A stretch of 63,101 nucleotides of DNA, filler included, from Chthonomonadaceae bacterium (GCA_035650735.1; 6 parts of 6 records of this genome joined end to end with filler, not necessarily neighbours in it); one strand, 5' to 3'. Numbered from the whole stretch's first letter, positions 40,749-51,512 are shown. Notes: a model not told the origin generated them from the letters alone. Numbers and translations: made by a program.

Positions 40749-41165
40749 TCAAGAGCTTACGCCAATCTGCCGCAGCACCGTGTTGAGATCCCAATACTCC
40801 CGGTTCTCCGCGATCTTTCCGCCGCGCAGGCTGCAAAAGGAGGCGCCGCGCAACTGGACGGCGTTGCCGGTGGCGGGGATGCCGTTGAACTCGCCCCGGT
40901 GCGTGGCCGTGATGATCCATTCCCAGGCCAGGCAGTCGGCCTGCTGGGCGCGGTTGCCGGCGGTCATCACCAGATCAGGAAAGGCGTTAAAGAGGGCGGT
41001 AAACATCGCCAGCAGCGCGGCCTGGCCCCGCACCGGATGGCCCAGCGGAACCTCCTCGAAAACGGCATCCTGGGTGTAGCAGGCCGCCAGCCGCGCCGGA
41101 TCGTGGCTGTTCCAAGCCGAGACCAGCGTATCAATGGTAACCGGGGGGGAAACGGGTGTGTCCAT
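40749..41165 (-). CDS. SnoaL-like/NTF2-fold ester cyclase family protein
   Basis: AWNSHD..YTQDAVFE..AFPDL..THRGEFNGIPATG..GKIAENREYWD. Confidence 0.9.
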   Translation of the reverse strand: MDTPVSPPVTIDTLVSAWNSHDPARLAACYTQDAVFEEVPLGHPVRGQAALLAMFTALFNAFPDLVMTAGNRAQQADCLAWEWIITATHRGEFNGIPATGNAVQLRGASFCSLRGGKIAENREYWDLNTVLRQIGVSS

Positions 41166-41271
41166 CCTAGCGCCTCTCCTTTTCAGTCCGGCACGAGCTA
41201 CTCAGAGGAAACCGGTTCTTCGCTTCGCTCACGCGCGCTGCTCCAGCCCTCACGCCCGGAGGCGGCCCGAC

Positions 41272-42459
41272 TCACTTCTCCTGCAACGCCACGACGCCGG
41301 GAAGCGGCTTGCCCTCCAGGAACTCCAGGGAAGCGCCGCCGCCCGTGGAGATATGGGTCATCTGATCGGCGAATCCCAACTGCTGCACCGCCGCCGCCGA
41401 GTCGCCCCCGCCGACAATCGTGGTCGCGCCCGACTCGGCCAGGGCGCGCGCGATGGCGCGGGTGCCCTCCGCAAACTTGGGAAACTCGAAGATGCCCATC
41501 GGGCCGTTCCAGACGATGGTGGCCGCGCCCTTGATAATCTCGCTGTATCGGGCGATGGTCTGCGGGCCGATGTCGGCGCCCTCCCAGCCCGGCGGGATCT
41601 GCGAGGCCGGCACGACCTGGGTCTGGCAGGCCGCCTCGCCGACGTCAAACGGGTTGGCGCTGGAGACGACCACATCCACCGGCAGAAGCAGCTTATCGCC
41701 CGCGTGCGCCATGACTTCCTTGCAGAAATCCAGGCTTGACTCGTCCAGGAGGGATTTGCCGATCTCCCAGCCCTTAGCTTTGAAGAAGGTATAGGCCATG
41801 CCGCCGCCGATGAGGAGTGTATCCACTTTCGCCAGCAGCGCCCGGATGACGCCGATCTTGTCCTTGACCTTGGCGCCGCCGAGGATGGCGACGAAGGGCC
41901 GTTTCGGGCTCTCCAGCGCGCCGCCCAGATAATCCAGCTCCTTCTGCATCAGAAAGCCCGCGACACCGGGAACAATCCTAGCGACGCCCTCCGTAGAGGC
42001 GTGCGCCCGATGCGCCGTGCCGAACGCATCGTTAACGAAGACGTCGGCCAGGCGGGCTAGCTTCTGGGCAAAGGTGGGGTCGTTCTGCTCCTCTTCCGGG
42101 TGGAACCGCACGTTTTCCAGCAGAGCGACATCGCCCTCTCGCATGGCGTTGACGCGCGCCTCCACCTCCGGGCCGACGCTGTCGGACAGCAGCGGCACTT
42201 CCTTTCCCAGCAGTTGCGACAGGCGCTCCGCGACGGGAGCCAGCGTGTACTTGGGCGTGACGCCCTTCGGACGGCCCAGGTGCGAGACCAGGATCGTTTT
42301 CGCCCCATGATCGATCAGGTACCGGATGGTGGGCAGCGCGGCCACAATGCGCGTGTCGTCGGTGATGCGGCCGTTGTCGTCCTGGGGCACGTTGAAGTCC
42401 ACCCGCACCAGCACGCGCTTGCCGCGCACATCTATATCTTCCACGGTCTTCTTGTTCAT
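41272..42459 (-). CDS. pgk: phosphoglycerate kinase
   Basis: [55 protein letters not shown]. Confidence 0.98.
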   Translation of the reverse strand: MNKKTVEDIDVRGKRVLVRVDFNVPQDDNGRITDDTRIVAALPTIRYLIDHGAKTILVSHLGRPKGVTPKYTLAPVAERLSQLLGKEVPLLSDSVGPEVEARVNAMREGDVALLENVRFHPEEEQNDPTFAQKLARLADVFVNDAFGTAHRAHASTEGVARIVPGVAGFLMQKELDYLGGALESPKRPFVAILGGAKVKDKIGVIRALLAKVDTLLIGGGMAYTFFKAKGWEIGKSLLDESSLDFCKEVMAHAGDKLLLPVDVVVSSANPFDVGEAACQTQVVPASQIPPGWEGADIGPQTIARYSEIIKGAATIVWNGPMGIFEFPKFAEGTRAIARALAESGATTIVGGGDSAAAVQQLGFADQMTHISTGGGASLEFLEGKPLPGVVALQEK

Positions 42460-42469
42460 GGCTCTTCTC

Positions 42470-42612
42470 TTACCTAACCCCCCGTTCCCCACTGCCAGGG
42501 TCGGCGCTACAATGGTTCGGGTCACTGCCAGGGTCGGGCCTGCAATAATTCGGCCCTCCGCCTTGCGACACCTTACGGCCCTACTGCGTTCGCTTCGCTC
42601 ACAGGGAAGGGG
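42470..42612. repeat. REP-like repeat with an internal degenerate 33-bp tandem duplication
   Basis: TTACCTAACCCCCCGTTCCCCACTGCCAGGG (as in the purL insertion); CACTGCCAGGGTCGG twice; ends AGGGAAGGGG at the contig break. Confidence 0.7.
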
Positions 42613-42712
42613 NNNNNNNNNNNNNNNNNNNNNNNNNNNNNNNNNNNNNNNNNNNNTTAATTAATTAANNNNNNNNNNNNNNNNNNNNNNNNNNNNNNNN
42701 NNNNNNNNNNNN
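42613..42712. other. artificial contig linker
   Basis: N-run + TTAATTAATTAA + N-run. Confidence 0.98.
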
Positions 42713-43864
42713 GTGGATGCCGCTGCGATGGCAGCCGACCAGGCGCGGACGGGCCTGGAGGCGTTTCAGAGCCAGGTCAATGCGGCGCTAGCTAAGAAGG
42801 TAGACGTCGCGACAGGAAGGCTGCGCATCAGCGGCCTGATCCAGATCTGGTACGGCACGGCCTTCGGCGACACGCTCGGCGGAAACGTGCCCACCAACAC
42901 CAGCCCGGTGCCGCACGGGCGCAACTATGGCGGAGGCGTCGGGGATACCTTCCGCCTGCGGCGCGGCCAGATCATCCTGGATGGCAGCTTCAATCCCCGG
43001 CTCGACTACCGCGTGATGTTTGACCTGGCTCGCATGCCCAATCCGCTGCGCGACCTGGTTCTCGGCTATCAGTTTGCCCCGCACTGGCGGATCGAAGTCG
43101 GCCAGCAGAAGACGGGCCTGAGCGAAGAGGGGACGCGCTCCGCCCGCGACCTGAAGACCATCTCTCGCGCGGTGATGAACGAAGACCTCCCGCTCAACGT
43201 CGGGCGGGTCGGCGCGGTGCGCGATACCGGCATCGCCCTGCGCTACGGCAGCGCGCCGTTCCGCCTGCTGCTCGGAATCTGGAACGATAACGGCCTCACG
43301 GAAGACCGCGTGGACATAGACCGCTTCAAGTTTTTCAGCTACGCGGCCTACCTCACGCTCTTTCGACACCTGACGCTCGGAGTCTGGGGCGGCACCAATG
43401 TCGGAACGTCCTCCCCCCGCCCGATACGCGACCGCTTTGGCGTGACCTTTCTCTGGCAATCCGGCCCGCATTTCTTTGAATCGGAGCTAGCGCTCTCGCG
43501 GGACAGCGTTCCGCCGATGCCGGGATTTGCAGAGCGAGCCAGCACCACCGAGGATGCCTACTTTCTCTATGCGTACCGCTTTTCGCGCCAGTGGGAATTC
43601 GTGATACGCTACGAAAACATCAATCCCTTTGAGAACACGCGCGTGGAGAATGAGGGTGGGCTCGGATTTCTGCCGGATGGCACCGTAATTCGGGCGCTGG
43701 ATCATAAGCTGAAAGAATACACCCTTGGATTCACCTACTACTTGAACGGCAATAACGCCAAGATCCAGTTAAACTATGTGCGCGAGGATGTCGAGATCTA
43801 CGGCCCGGTTTTCTTCGGCAAGCCGCGCAACATCCTGCTTGTCAACTATCAGGCGGCGTTCTAA
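42713..43864 (+). CDS. outer-membrane porin (OprO/OprP-like), 5'-truncated
   Basis: TFRLRRGQI..G, GQQKTGLSEEG, RDTGIAL, amphipathic beta strands, C-terminal Phe (NYQAAF). Confidence 0.8.
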   Translation: MDAAAMAADQARTGLEAFQSQVNAALAKKVDVATGRLRISGLIQIWYGTAFGDTLGGNVPTNTSPVPHGRNYGGGVGDTFRLRRGQIILDGSFNPRLDYRVMFDLARMPNPLRDLVLGYQFAPHWRIEVGQQKTGLSEEGTRSARDLKTISRAVMNEDLPLNVGRVGAVRDTGIALRYGSAPFRLLLGIWNDNGLTEDRVDIDRFKFFSYAAYLTLFRHLTLGVWGGTNVGTSSPRPIRDRFGVTFLWQSGPHFFESELALSRDSVPPMPGFAERASTTEDAYFLYAYRFSRQWEFVIRYENINPFENTRVENEGGLGFLPDGTVIRALDHKLKEYTLGFTYYLNGNNAKIQLNYVREDVEIYGPVFFGKPRNILLVNYQAAF

Positions 43865-43925
43865 GAGGAATGTGTGGCTTCGTTCTCCATCTGCCTTGCG
43901 CCGTCCGGTCGGAAAGGAGTCCGTC

Positions 43926-44156
43926 ATGGGCCAGAGAAACGATAGGTACCACGCAGAGGTTAATCTGCGCTTGCGCCTGGTATGGGACGTCGAGGGAAAG
44001 GACCGCGCCAAAGCGCTGACAAAGAAGATCGTCGCCCTGCTCGAAGAGCAGATAGAGACCTATCAGGCGGAGGGACTGCTCCTGTGCGATTGCGAGCACT
44101 CCGGCATTGACGTGGTCACCGAAAGGCACGCGCAAAAAGCAGGGAGTAGGGTGTAG
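43926..44156 (+). CDS. small hypothetical protein
   Basis: AAGGAG RBS before ATG 43926; 76 aa. Confidence 0.55.
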   Translation: MGQRNDRYHAEVNLRLRLVWDVEGKDRAKALTKKIVALLEEQIETYQAEGLLLCDCEHSGIDVVTERHAQKAGSRV

Positions 44157-44335
44157 GGTATAGGGGGTAGGGTAAAGACCCCTCGACTGGCAGGCGCGTG
44201 CGTTTGATGGAAAGCCCTGCCAATAAGAAGGTTTTTGACTACACCCTACACCCTAACCGGGGGAGGGAGCGCTGGCTCCCTCCCGCCATTTCGGTGGTTT
44301 TTGACTACACCCTACACCCTAACCCCTATACCCTG
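44141..44335. repeat. heptamer-based inverted repeat (GGGTGTA / TACACCC) with 29-bp direct duplication and internal hairpin
   Basis: GGTTTTTGACTACACCCTACACCCTAACC at 44230-44258 and 44296-44324; GGGAGGGAGC-GCTG-GCTCCCTCCC between them. Confidence 0.8.
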
Positions 44336-44365
44336 TTTTTCGCGCTGTGCGAAACGCAGGCCGGT

Positions 44366-44394
44366 TTGACTACGTAAGGACTGAATGGTATACT
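44366..44394 (+). promoter_or_regulatory. putative sigma70-type promoter of secA
   Basis: TTGACT-17 bp-TATACT with extended -10 TG. Confidence 0.65.
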
Positions 44395-44499
44395 AGATCG
44401 GCAATCGAATTAGGCTGTGTTTCCGCCCATTTCCGCCGATTATCCTACCACACAACGTCTGCACACTCGCTGCACGCCGATTTGAGGTGAACCCTTACT

Positions 44500-47400
44500 A
44501 TGGTTGCATTGCCCGGATTTTTAACAAAATTGTTTGACTCGAATGCGCGCGACCTGGCCCGCTACCAGGCCAACGTCGCTAGAATCAATGCCCTCGAACC
44601 CGAGTTCGAGCGGCTGACGGACGCGCAGCTACGCGAGAAGACCGACGAGCTGCGTCAGCGCGTCCAGAGCGAGTACCAGGCCAAGCGCGCCGCCGTCGAG
44701 CCGGAATGGGAGGCTCTCAACGACCAGGAGCGGCGCGAGGCAGACCGCAAGATCTACGACCCGATCCTGGATGCGGTGCTGCCGGAGGCGTTTGCGCTCG
44801 TGCGGGAGGCGGCCAAGCGCACTATCGGCCTGCGCCACTACGACGTGCAGTTGATTGGCGGCATGGTCCTTCACGACGGGCGGATCGCGGAGATGAAGAC
44901 CGGCGAGGGCAAAACGCTGGTCGCCACGCTGCCGCTGTATCTCAACGCGCTTTTAGGCAAGGGCGCTCACCTAGTCACGGTCAACGACTATCTGTCCAAG
45001 CGCGACGCCGTCTGGAACGGCCCCATCTACCATCTGCTGGGCATGAGCGTGGGCATCATCCAGGGCCAGTCGCCCGAAACCGGCGACGAGGGCGGCTCGT
45101 ATCTGTACGACCCGGAGTACCAGGACCCGGATCCGCGCTTTGACCAGGCCCGCCCGATCACGCGCCACGAAGCCTACATGTGCGACATCACTTACGGCAC
45201 TAACAACGAGTTTGGCTTCGACTACCTGCGCGACAACATGGAGTTCAGCAAAGACGAGCTGCGCCAGCGCGAGCTTCACTACGCCATCGTGGATGAGGTA
45301 GACAGCATCCTCATTGACGAGGCGCGCACGCCGCTGATCATCTCCGGCATGGTCGAGCAAGCTAACGACTGGTACACGCGGGTGGACCGCGTTGTCGCTC
45401 AGATGCGGCGCGGCATTGACGATCCCAAGAAAGATAAGGACAACCCGGACGCCGACAAGCTCAACCCCAACATCCACTACGTCGTGGACGAGAAGGCCAA
45501 AACCGCCACCATCACCGACGCGGGCGTGGCGTTCGTGGAGAAGGCGCTCGGAATTCAAAACCTGGCCGAAAACTACGAGGTCATGCACTACCTGACGGCG
45601 GCGATGAAGGCGCACGGCGTCTTCCGCAAGGATGTGGATTACGTCGTCAAGGACGTTGACCCCAACGATGATACCGGGCCGGAAATCATCATCGTGGATG
45701 AGAACACGGGCCGCCTGATGTTCGGGCGCCGCTACTCGGATGGGCTGCACCAAGCTCTCGAAGCCAAAGAGCACGTCGAAATCAAACACGAGAGCCAGAC
45801 GCTGGCCACTATCACGTTCCAGAACTATTTCCGCCTCTACTCCAAGCTGGCGGGCATGACGGGCACGGCCAAGACCGAAGAGGATGAGTTCCGCAAAATC
45901 TACGCACTGGACGTCGTGCAGGTTCCGACCAACAAGCCGGTCATCCGCCAGGACCATCCCGACGTCATCTACAAGACGCAGGAGCACAAGATGCGGGGCA
46001 TCGCGGCGGAGATCCTGCGGCTCTACTGCAAGCAGCAGCCGGTGCTGGTCGGCACGCGCTCGGTGGAGATGAGCGAGAAGGTCAGCGCGCGGATGCGGCC
46101 CTCCAGCCTGGCCACGCTCTGCATGGTCGAGGCTGTCCGCAACCGCATGGAGTTCAGCAAGGCGATCCCCAGCGAGAAGAAGCGGGAGTGGACCAACCTG
46201 CTCAATACCAACCTGGATCAGTTGAGCCTCATTCGCCTGCGGCCCCTGATCAAGGAACTGGGAATGAGCGAGGATCCGTTGTCGCCGGAGAACATGAACG
46301 AGATCGCTCGCCTCTTTGAGATCCCCGACTCGGGCCTGGAGTTTCTGGAGGAGGCGCTCACGCATGGCATCCCGCACAACATCCTGAACGCCAAGTTCCA
46401 CGAGAAGGAAGCTATCATCATTGCGGAAGCCGGGCGCAAGGGCGCGGTGACGATTGCGACCAACATGGCCGGGCGCGGCGTGGACATCCTGCTCGGCGGC
46501 AAGCACATCAAGCAGGAACTGCCGACGGTGGATGGCAGCCTGCGCTCGCTGGCCAGCGCCGAGCACGCCGTGGAAGAGGCGCACTCCGAGGACGGCGCGG
46601 AAGGTGATGGCGCGCAGCCGGAGGAGCCCAGCTTCCGCCGCTATGGCAAGCCGCGCGTGCTCGATGCCGTCACCACCGGCGCGCTCACCGATGAGGAGCA
46701 CAAGCGCGCCGCCGACGAGGTGCGCAAGCTGGGCGGGCTGTTCATCCTGGGCACCGAGCGCCATGAGAGCCGCCGCATTGACAACCAGTTGCGCGGACGC
46801 TCCGGGCGCCAGGGCGACCCCGGCGAGAGCCGTTTCTATGTCTCCCTGGAAGACGAACTGTGGCGGCTCTTCGGCGACCGCTCCAACCATCCGCTGCTGC
46901 GAACCTGGGACGAGCACCTGGCGATGGACGCCAAGATGCTCTCCAGCATGATCCAGCGGGCGCAGAAGAAGGTTGAGGAGCACTATTTCGAGGCCAGAAA
47001 GCATGTCCTCAACTACGACGACGTGATGAACCGGCAGCGCGAGCTTATCTATAAGGAGCGCCGCCGCATCCTGGAAGGCGTGGATCTCAAGCCCACCATT
47101 CAGGAGTATATCCGCCAGAACATCCACTCGGCGGTGATGGCCTATGCGCCAGCCGACGCGCACCAGAACGAGTGGGAGCTCGACGAGTTGTTCCGGGACC
47201 TGGACGACTACTTCATGCTCTATCCGGCCCTGACGGTCAACGACCTGCAAGGCAAGTCCCGCGAGGAGATGATCGACTTCCTGACCCAACACGTCCTGGC
47301 CGTCTACGAGGCGCGCGAGCAGGAACTCGACGAGATGCAGGGGCCGGGCACGATGCGCGAGTTGGAGCGCTGGATGGCCCTGCGCGCCGTCAACACCCGC

Positions 47401-47817
47401 TGGATGGAGCATCTGGCCAACATGGACTACCTGCGCGAGGGCATCCATCTGCGCGGTTACGAGCAGCGCGACCCGCTGCTGATCTACCAGAAGGAGGCTT
47501 TCGACGAGTTCGAGCGGATGCAGCAGGCCATCCAGGATGATATCGTACGCGGCATCTTTCGCGTTCAGGTCGTCCAGGAACCGCCGCAACCGCAGGTGAC
47601 GGTGGCCCCGGCCATTCCGCTGCCGGAGGACCTGCCCCGCTTTGCCGACCTGGCGGACATGGATATGCCCCGCGCCATCACGACCAACCGGGACGTGGTG
47701 GGTGCGGGCACCGGCACCCGCCGCAAGGATGGGGCTCCCGCCGACTGGAAGGGTGGGCGCAACGATCCGTGCTGGTGCGGCAGCGGCCTCAAGTACAAGA
47801 AGTGTCACGGCAAGTAA
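44500..47817 (+). CDS. secA: preprotein translocase ATPase SecA (long form)
   Basis: EMKTGEGKT, FGFDYLRDN, DEVDSILIDEARTPLIISG, GMTGTA, ATNMAGRG, RHESRRIDNQLRGRSGRQGDPG, SEC-C GRNDPCWCGSGLKYKKCHG. Confidence 0.98.
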   Translation: MVALPGFLTKLFDSNARDLARYQANVARINALEPEFERLTDAQLREKTDELRQRVQSEYQAKRAAVEPEWEALNDQERREADRKIYDPILDAVLPEAFALVREAAKRTIGLRHYDVQLIGGMVLHDGRIAEMKTGEGKTLVATLPLYLNALLGKGAHLVTVNDYLSKRDAVWNGPIYHLLGMSVGIIQGQSPETGDEGGSYLYDPEYQDPDPRFDQARPITRHEAYMCDITYGTNNEFGFDYLRDNMEFSKDELRQRELHYAIVDEVDSILIDEARTPLIISGMVEQANDWYTRVDRVVAQMRRGIDDPKKDKDNPDADKLNPNIHYVVDEKAKTATITDAGVAFVEKALGIQNLAENYEVMHYLTAAMKAHGVFRKDVDYVVKDVDPNDDTGPEIIIVDENTGRLMFGRRYSDGLHQALEAKEHVEIKHESQTLATITFQNYFRLYSKLAGMTGTAKTEEDEFRKIYALDVVQVPTNKPVIRQDHPDVIYKTQEHKMRGIAAEILRLYCKQQPVLVGTRSVEMSEKVSARMRPSSLATLCMVEAVRNRMEFSKAIPSEKKREWTNLLNTNLDQLSLIRLRPLIKELGMSEDPLSPENMNEIARLFEIPDSGLEFLEEALTHGIPHNILNAKFHEKEAIIIAEAGRKGAVTIATNMAGRGVDILLGGKHIKQELPTVDGSLRSLASAEHAVEEAHSEDGAEGDGAQPEEPSFRRYGKPRVLDAVTTGALTDEEHKRAADEVRKLGGLFILGTERHESRRIDNQLRGRSGRQGDPGESRFYVSLEDELWRLFGDRSNHPLLRTWDEHLAMDAKMLSSMIQRAQKKVEEHYFEARKHVLNYDDVMNRQRELIYKERRRILEGVDLKPTIQEYIRQNIHSAVMAYAPADAHQNEWELDELFRDLDDYFMLYPALTVNDLQGKSREEMIDFLTQHVLAVYEAREQELDEMQGPGTMRELERWMALRAVNTRWMEHLANMDYLREGIHLRGYEQRDPLLIYQKEAFDEFERMQQAIQDDIVRGIFRVQVVQEPPQPQVTVAPAIPLPEDLPRFADLADMDMPRAITTNRDVVGAGTGTRRKDGAPADWKGGRNDPCWCGSGLKYKKCHGK

Positions 47818-47863
47818 CCGACGGCCTGTGACGCGGCGAAATCACTAAACGGGCAAACAAGAA

Positions 47864-47896
47864 GGTCCGGCGGGAACTTCCCGCCGGGCCATTTTT
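47864..47896 (+). terminator. probable intrinsic terminator after secA
   Basis: GGTCCGGCGGG-AACTT-CCCGCCGGGCC followed by ATTTTT. Confidence 0.6.
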
Positions 47897-48098
47897 GCGG
47901 CCCTCACCCCTTCAGAAGGATAAGTAGGCCCGTTCGGCACCTCTGCGAATACAAGGGAATAAATTGAGACCCAGACATAATTCTTGGCGCCCTCTCTTGG
48001 CACTGTGTATACGCTTAAGCTCAGGCCACCCGTAAGAACGGTTTTAACCCCGCCCGCAGCGGTTGCTTGTGGAGGGCCCCAGACCACAGAGCCCTCTG

Positions 48099-48260
48099 CT
48101 AGACCCGCACCGCCCCTAACACCGGGCGGGCCCTAGCAGCCTGGCCGCGGGTGGGAACCGGCTCGTAGGCAGCGAAGAGACCCTTCAACTGGGCCTGGAA
48201 GTTCTCCAGGGGCCGCGACCCCAACCCATAAAAGACCCGGCCGACTTCGTCGTGGGGATG
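48099..48260 (-). pseudogene. possible transposase C-terminal remnant
   Basis: RSRPLENFQAQLKGLF-like segment (GSRPLENFQAQLKGLFAAYEPVPTRG..VLGAV) resembles the post-catalytic-Glu region of DDE transposases. Confidence 0.35.
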
Positions 48261-48460
48261 GACAACTGCAGGATACGGGGGCAACCGGCCAGGTCAAGTC
48301 AGGAAACTGCCAAAACCTGGCCGGTTTATTTTTGTCCGGGTCTCAATCAATTCGCCCGCAACCAAAACGGAAGGGACCTTGCCAGGCCGAGCGATTGAGA
48401 AGGATTTCCGCCTCCGGAAACGCAATAATCCGGGCAGAAAAACCATTTGGAGGCTGGCCC

Positions 48461-49462
48461 TTGCCTGAGATTATTGCGACCGCGCCCGGACGGTGCGGCA
48501 TCGTCGGCAATCCTTCCGATATGTATGGTGGCTGCGTGCTCTCCTGCACCGTACAGGAGCGCGCGGAGTGCCGCCTGACTGCCCCCGCAGAGGCGCTGCG
48601 CATCACCAACCAGGGCGAAGCCGCAACGCTTCACAGCCGCGACGACCTGCGTCTGCAAGGCGATAAGCTGGACCTGGCCCGCGCCGCGCTTACCTATTTC
48701 GAGATTGATCCCGCTGCGGCCCGGTTCTCGCTGCACCTGAACACCGAGATTCCCATGCAGGCCGGGCTGGCCGGTTCGACCGCACTGCTGGCGGCCATCG
48801 TAGGAGCGCTCAACGCCCATTACAATTGGGGACTTTATCCGCACGCCCTGGCCGAAACGACCCGCAAGATCGAGGCGCGCGTCATGCACATCGTCTGTGG
48901 CTTCCAGGATCAGTATATGGCCGTGTTCGGCGGGCTCAACTTTATGGATTTTGCCGGCAAAGAGAGCCTGGAGCAGCGCGACACGGAGCCGCTGGCGGTG
49001 GTCGAGCCGCTGGCCGCCTGCCTGCCGCACCCGCCGCTGCTGCTGGCGCACACGGGCCTCAAGCATCATTCCGGCACGGTCCACAAGTCGCCGCGCGAGC
49101 GCTGGCTGGCCGGGGAGCCGTTGGTGCGCACCAACTACGCGCGCCTCGGACAACTGGCACGGCGCGGGAAGCGGACGCTGCTGGAGCGCGACTGGGCCAC
49201 GCTGGGCGCGCTGATGAACGAGAATCACGCCCTGGTCGCCCAGTTGGGCGGCTCCGGCCCCGCCAACGAGCGGCTCATCGCGGCGGCGCGAGAAGCGGGC
49301 GCCTGGGGCGCCAAGCTGGCGGGCGCGGGCGGTGGCGGGACCATCATCGCCCTGACCGATAGCCCGGAGCGCGTGGGCGCGGCGCTGATGGAGGCCGGCG
49401 CGGAGCGCCTGCTGACTCCAGAGCCCCAGCCCGGCCTGACAATAATAGAGAGTGGAAAATAG
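48461..49462 (+). CDS. GHMP-family sugar kinase (glucuronokinase/HddA-like)
   Basis: APGRCGIVGNPSDMYGG, IPMQAGLAGS, CGFQDQY, GAKLAGAGGGG; TTG start assumed. Confidence 0.9.
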   Translation: MPEIIATAPGRCGIVGNPSDMYGGCVLSCTVQERAECRLTAPAEALRITNQGEAATLHSRDDLRLQGDKLDLARAALTYFEIDPAAARFSLHLNTEIPMQAGLAGSTALLAAIVGALNAHYNWGLYPHALAETTRKIEARVMHIVCGFQDQYMAVFGGLNFMDFAGKESLEQRDTEPLAVVEPLAACLPHPPLLLAHTGLKHHSGTVHKSPRERWLAGEPLVRTNYARLGQLARRGKRTLLERDWATLGALMNENHALVAQLGGSGPANERLIAAAREAGAWGAKLAGAGGGGTIIALTDSPERVGAALMEAGAERLLTPEPQPGLTIIESGK

Positions 49463-49533
49463 AGCAGGGGACAAGGCAACCGCACCAGGCGTTTCCTTTT
49501 CCCGGCGGCGAAGGAGGCTTCTGTCATGCGCAT

Positions 49534-49633
49534 NNNNNNNNNNNNNNNNNNNNNNNNNNNNNNNNNNNNNNNNNNNNTTAATTAATTAANNNNNNNNNNN
49601 NNNNNNNNNNNNNNNNNNNNNNNNNNNNNNNNN
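49534..49633. other. artificial contig linker
   Basis: N-run + TTAATTAATTAA + N-run. Confidence 0.98.
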
Positions 49634-50961
49634 GATTTCTCCTGCGACCAGGCCGTGAAGGCGCGAATATCGGCAAATAGCACCGTGATATCGTAGCTGC
49701 GGCCGTCCGCTTCCAGGGCGCGCGGGTTGCGGCGGATTTCGCTCAGCACAATCGGGCCGACGTACTGCCGCAGTGGCCCCATCTCGCGCTCGGAGACCAT
49801 CTGCCGCCAGAGCAGCGCCGCGCCGAAGGCCAGCGGCACCGTCAGCGTCGGCTGGATCACCGGAATCCAGCGATCATGGGCCAGAAAGGCCCACCACGTC
49901 CCGCCCAACCACGCTTCCAGCAGCAGCAGGCCGCACAGCGCCGCCCGCACGGGCCCCGCCGTCGTCACCAGGACGCCCAGCGCCGTCCCGAGAAGCAGCA
50001 GGCCCCAGGCAACGCGCCCATCTGCGGCCAGATTCTGGATGGGGCGCCCGTCCAGCAGGGTAGCGATGATGTTGGCCTGCGCCTCGGCGCCCTCCATACG
50101 GCCCAGGGGCGTCTGGTGGAAATCTTTGGCAAACCTGCGGTCCGTATAGCCGAGGATGACAATTGCGCCCGCGATCTGTTGGCGGATCGCCGCCAGTTGG
50201 CGTCGGGTGGCCTCTCCCGGCTGCGCACCCGACTGTAGCGCCTGCCAGAGCGCCTCAATACGCCGGAAGGAGAGATGGGGAACGGTGTCCGGATAGCCCA
50301 GATAATTGATCACGAATGGATGGGTGGGCACCTGTGGCCGAACGCGGCGGGCCAGCAGCAGCGAAAAGGCGGGGCGCGGCTGGCCGGGGTCGCCCTGGAG
50401 CGGAGCGAATTCGCGCAAGATGCCGTCTTCATCGGCATAGGAGTTGGCCACGCCCACCCCCTCGCCGGGCGCGGCGGCTTCCGCCGCCGTGTTGAGGGCA
50501 TCCAGCCCCCGTACGAGATGCAGATGGCCCTCGTCGTCGCTATAGAAGTATTCCGGAAGCACCACGCGGCCCTGTGCCTGAAGGATGGCGCGCGACCACT
50601 CCGTAATGCCCTGACTCGGCACGTCCAACTGCATATCTATGCCGATGGCCGCCGCGTGCAGGCGGCTCAGCGCGTCTATGGCGCGGGCGACATAAGGCCC
50701 CCAGTCCTTCATGGCGACATCGGAATGGAGATCGGAAGAGACGTCATCAATAGCGACTACGACGACGCGGGCCCGGGACGTCCGCCTGCCCCGCAGCTTG
50801 AAACGCCAGTCCAGCGTGTATTTCTCCACCTGCTGAAAATAGGCGGTCTGGCTGAGGGCGGCCGCGAGCAGCCCCATCGCCAGGCCGATCAGGGCGCCAG
50901 TGACGAGTCGGTGCAGAGAGGGATGGGCCAGAAATAGCTTCAGACCTTGCGGGCGTTTCAT
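49634..50961 (-). CDS. CHASE2-domain class III adenylate/guanylate cyclase, truncated at contig end
   Basis: LDWRF..VVVVAIDD..IGID..DEDGILR..DFHQTP..GAEAQAN; three TM helices; ITVLFADIRAFT. Confidence 0.9.
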
Positions 50962-51029
50962 GGAGCTCTATTTCTATGGTGGCAAGGCCGGACTCCTGCC
51001 GCGCCGATGTGCAATAGTTCACAGGGCGG

Positions 51030-51512
51030 CTATGAATGGGGCCACTCCCGCCACTCGATGCCCCGGGACCACCAGCGGCAGCGGCCCAGCAGACGCAGCA
51101 GGTGGAAATAGAGGGCGTAGGGGTAGGAGAAGCGGGCTAACAAGGCGGCGAGGCAACGCTGGCGGGGCGTATCCAGGGAGCGGATGCGGAACTGAGGGTC
51201 TATGAGGCGGGTGACGCGGCCCAAGACCTGGGACCAGACGACCGGGGGGTCGGCCCAGAGGTTGGTATCGCCCTTGAGGTAGCAGAGGCGGTGCGCCTTG
51301 CGGATCAGGCGATGGCAGACGATGCCGCGCCCGTCATAAAAGACCACCAGATCGCCGACGGCCAGCTCGTCGTAGGCGACCGGCTGGACCTCCACGCGCG
51401 TGCCGTTGCGGAGGGTAGGGTACATGCTGCGGCCCTGCACGCGCACGACGGTGCGCCCGCGCCGCCGCAGCGCCTCAAGAACGGCTTCCGTAAAGTCGGG
51501 ATTAGCGGCCAT
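51030..51512 (-). CDS. S24/S26 peptidase-like protein
   Basis: VQGRSMYPTLRNG, GDLVVF, VCHRLI, KGD..D..V..VLGRV. Confidence 0.85.
   Translation of the reverse strand: MAANPDFTEAVLEALRRRGRTVVRVQGRSMYPTLRNGTRVEVQPVAYDELAVGDLVVFYDGRGIVCHRLIRKAHRLCYLKGDTNLWADPPVVWSQVLGRVTRLIDPQFRIRSLDTPRQRCLAALLARFSYPYALYFHLLRLLGRCRWWSRGIEWREWPHS

Noticed and set aside
44230..44324. Mini CRISPR array (29-bp repeats, 37-bp spacer)
   Set aside because: Only two repeats, built of heptamers; the spacer is itself a hairpin; no cas genes
44971..47808. Long antisense ORFs (e.g. 44971-47808, 669-2207, 22605-24167, 34801-37149)
   Set aside because: Shadows of real high-GC genes on the opposite strand, with no motifs of their own
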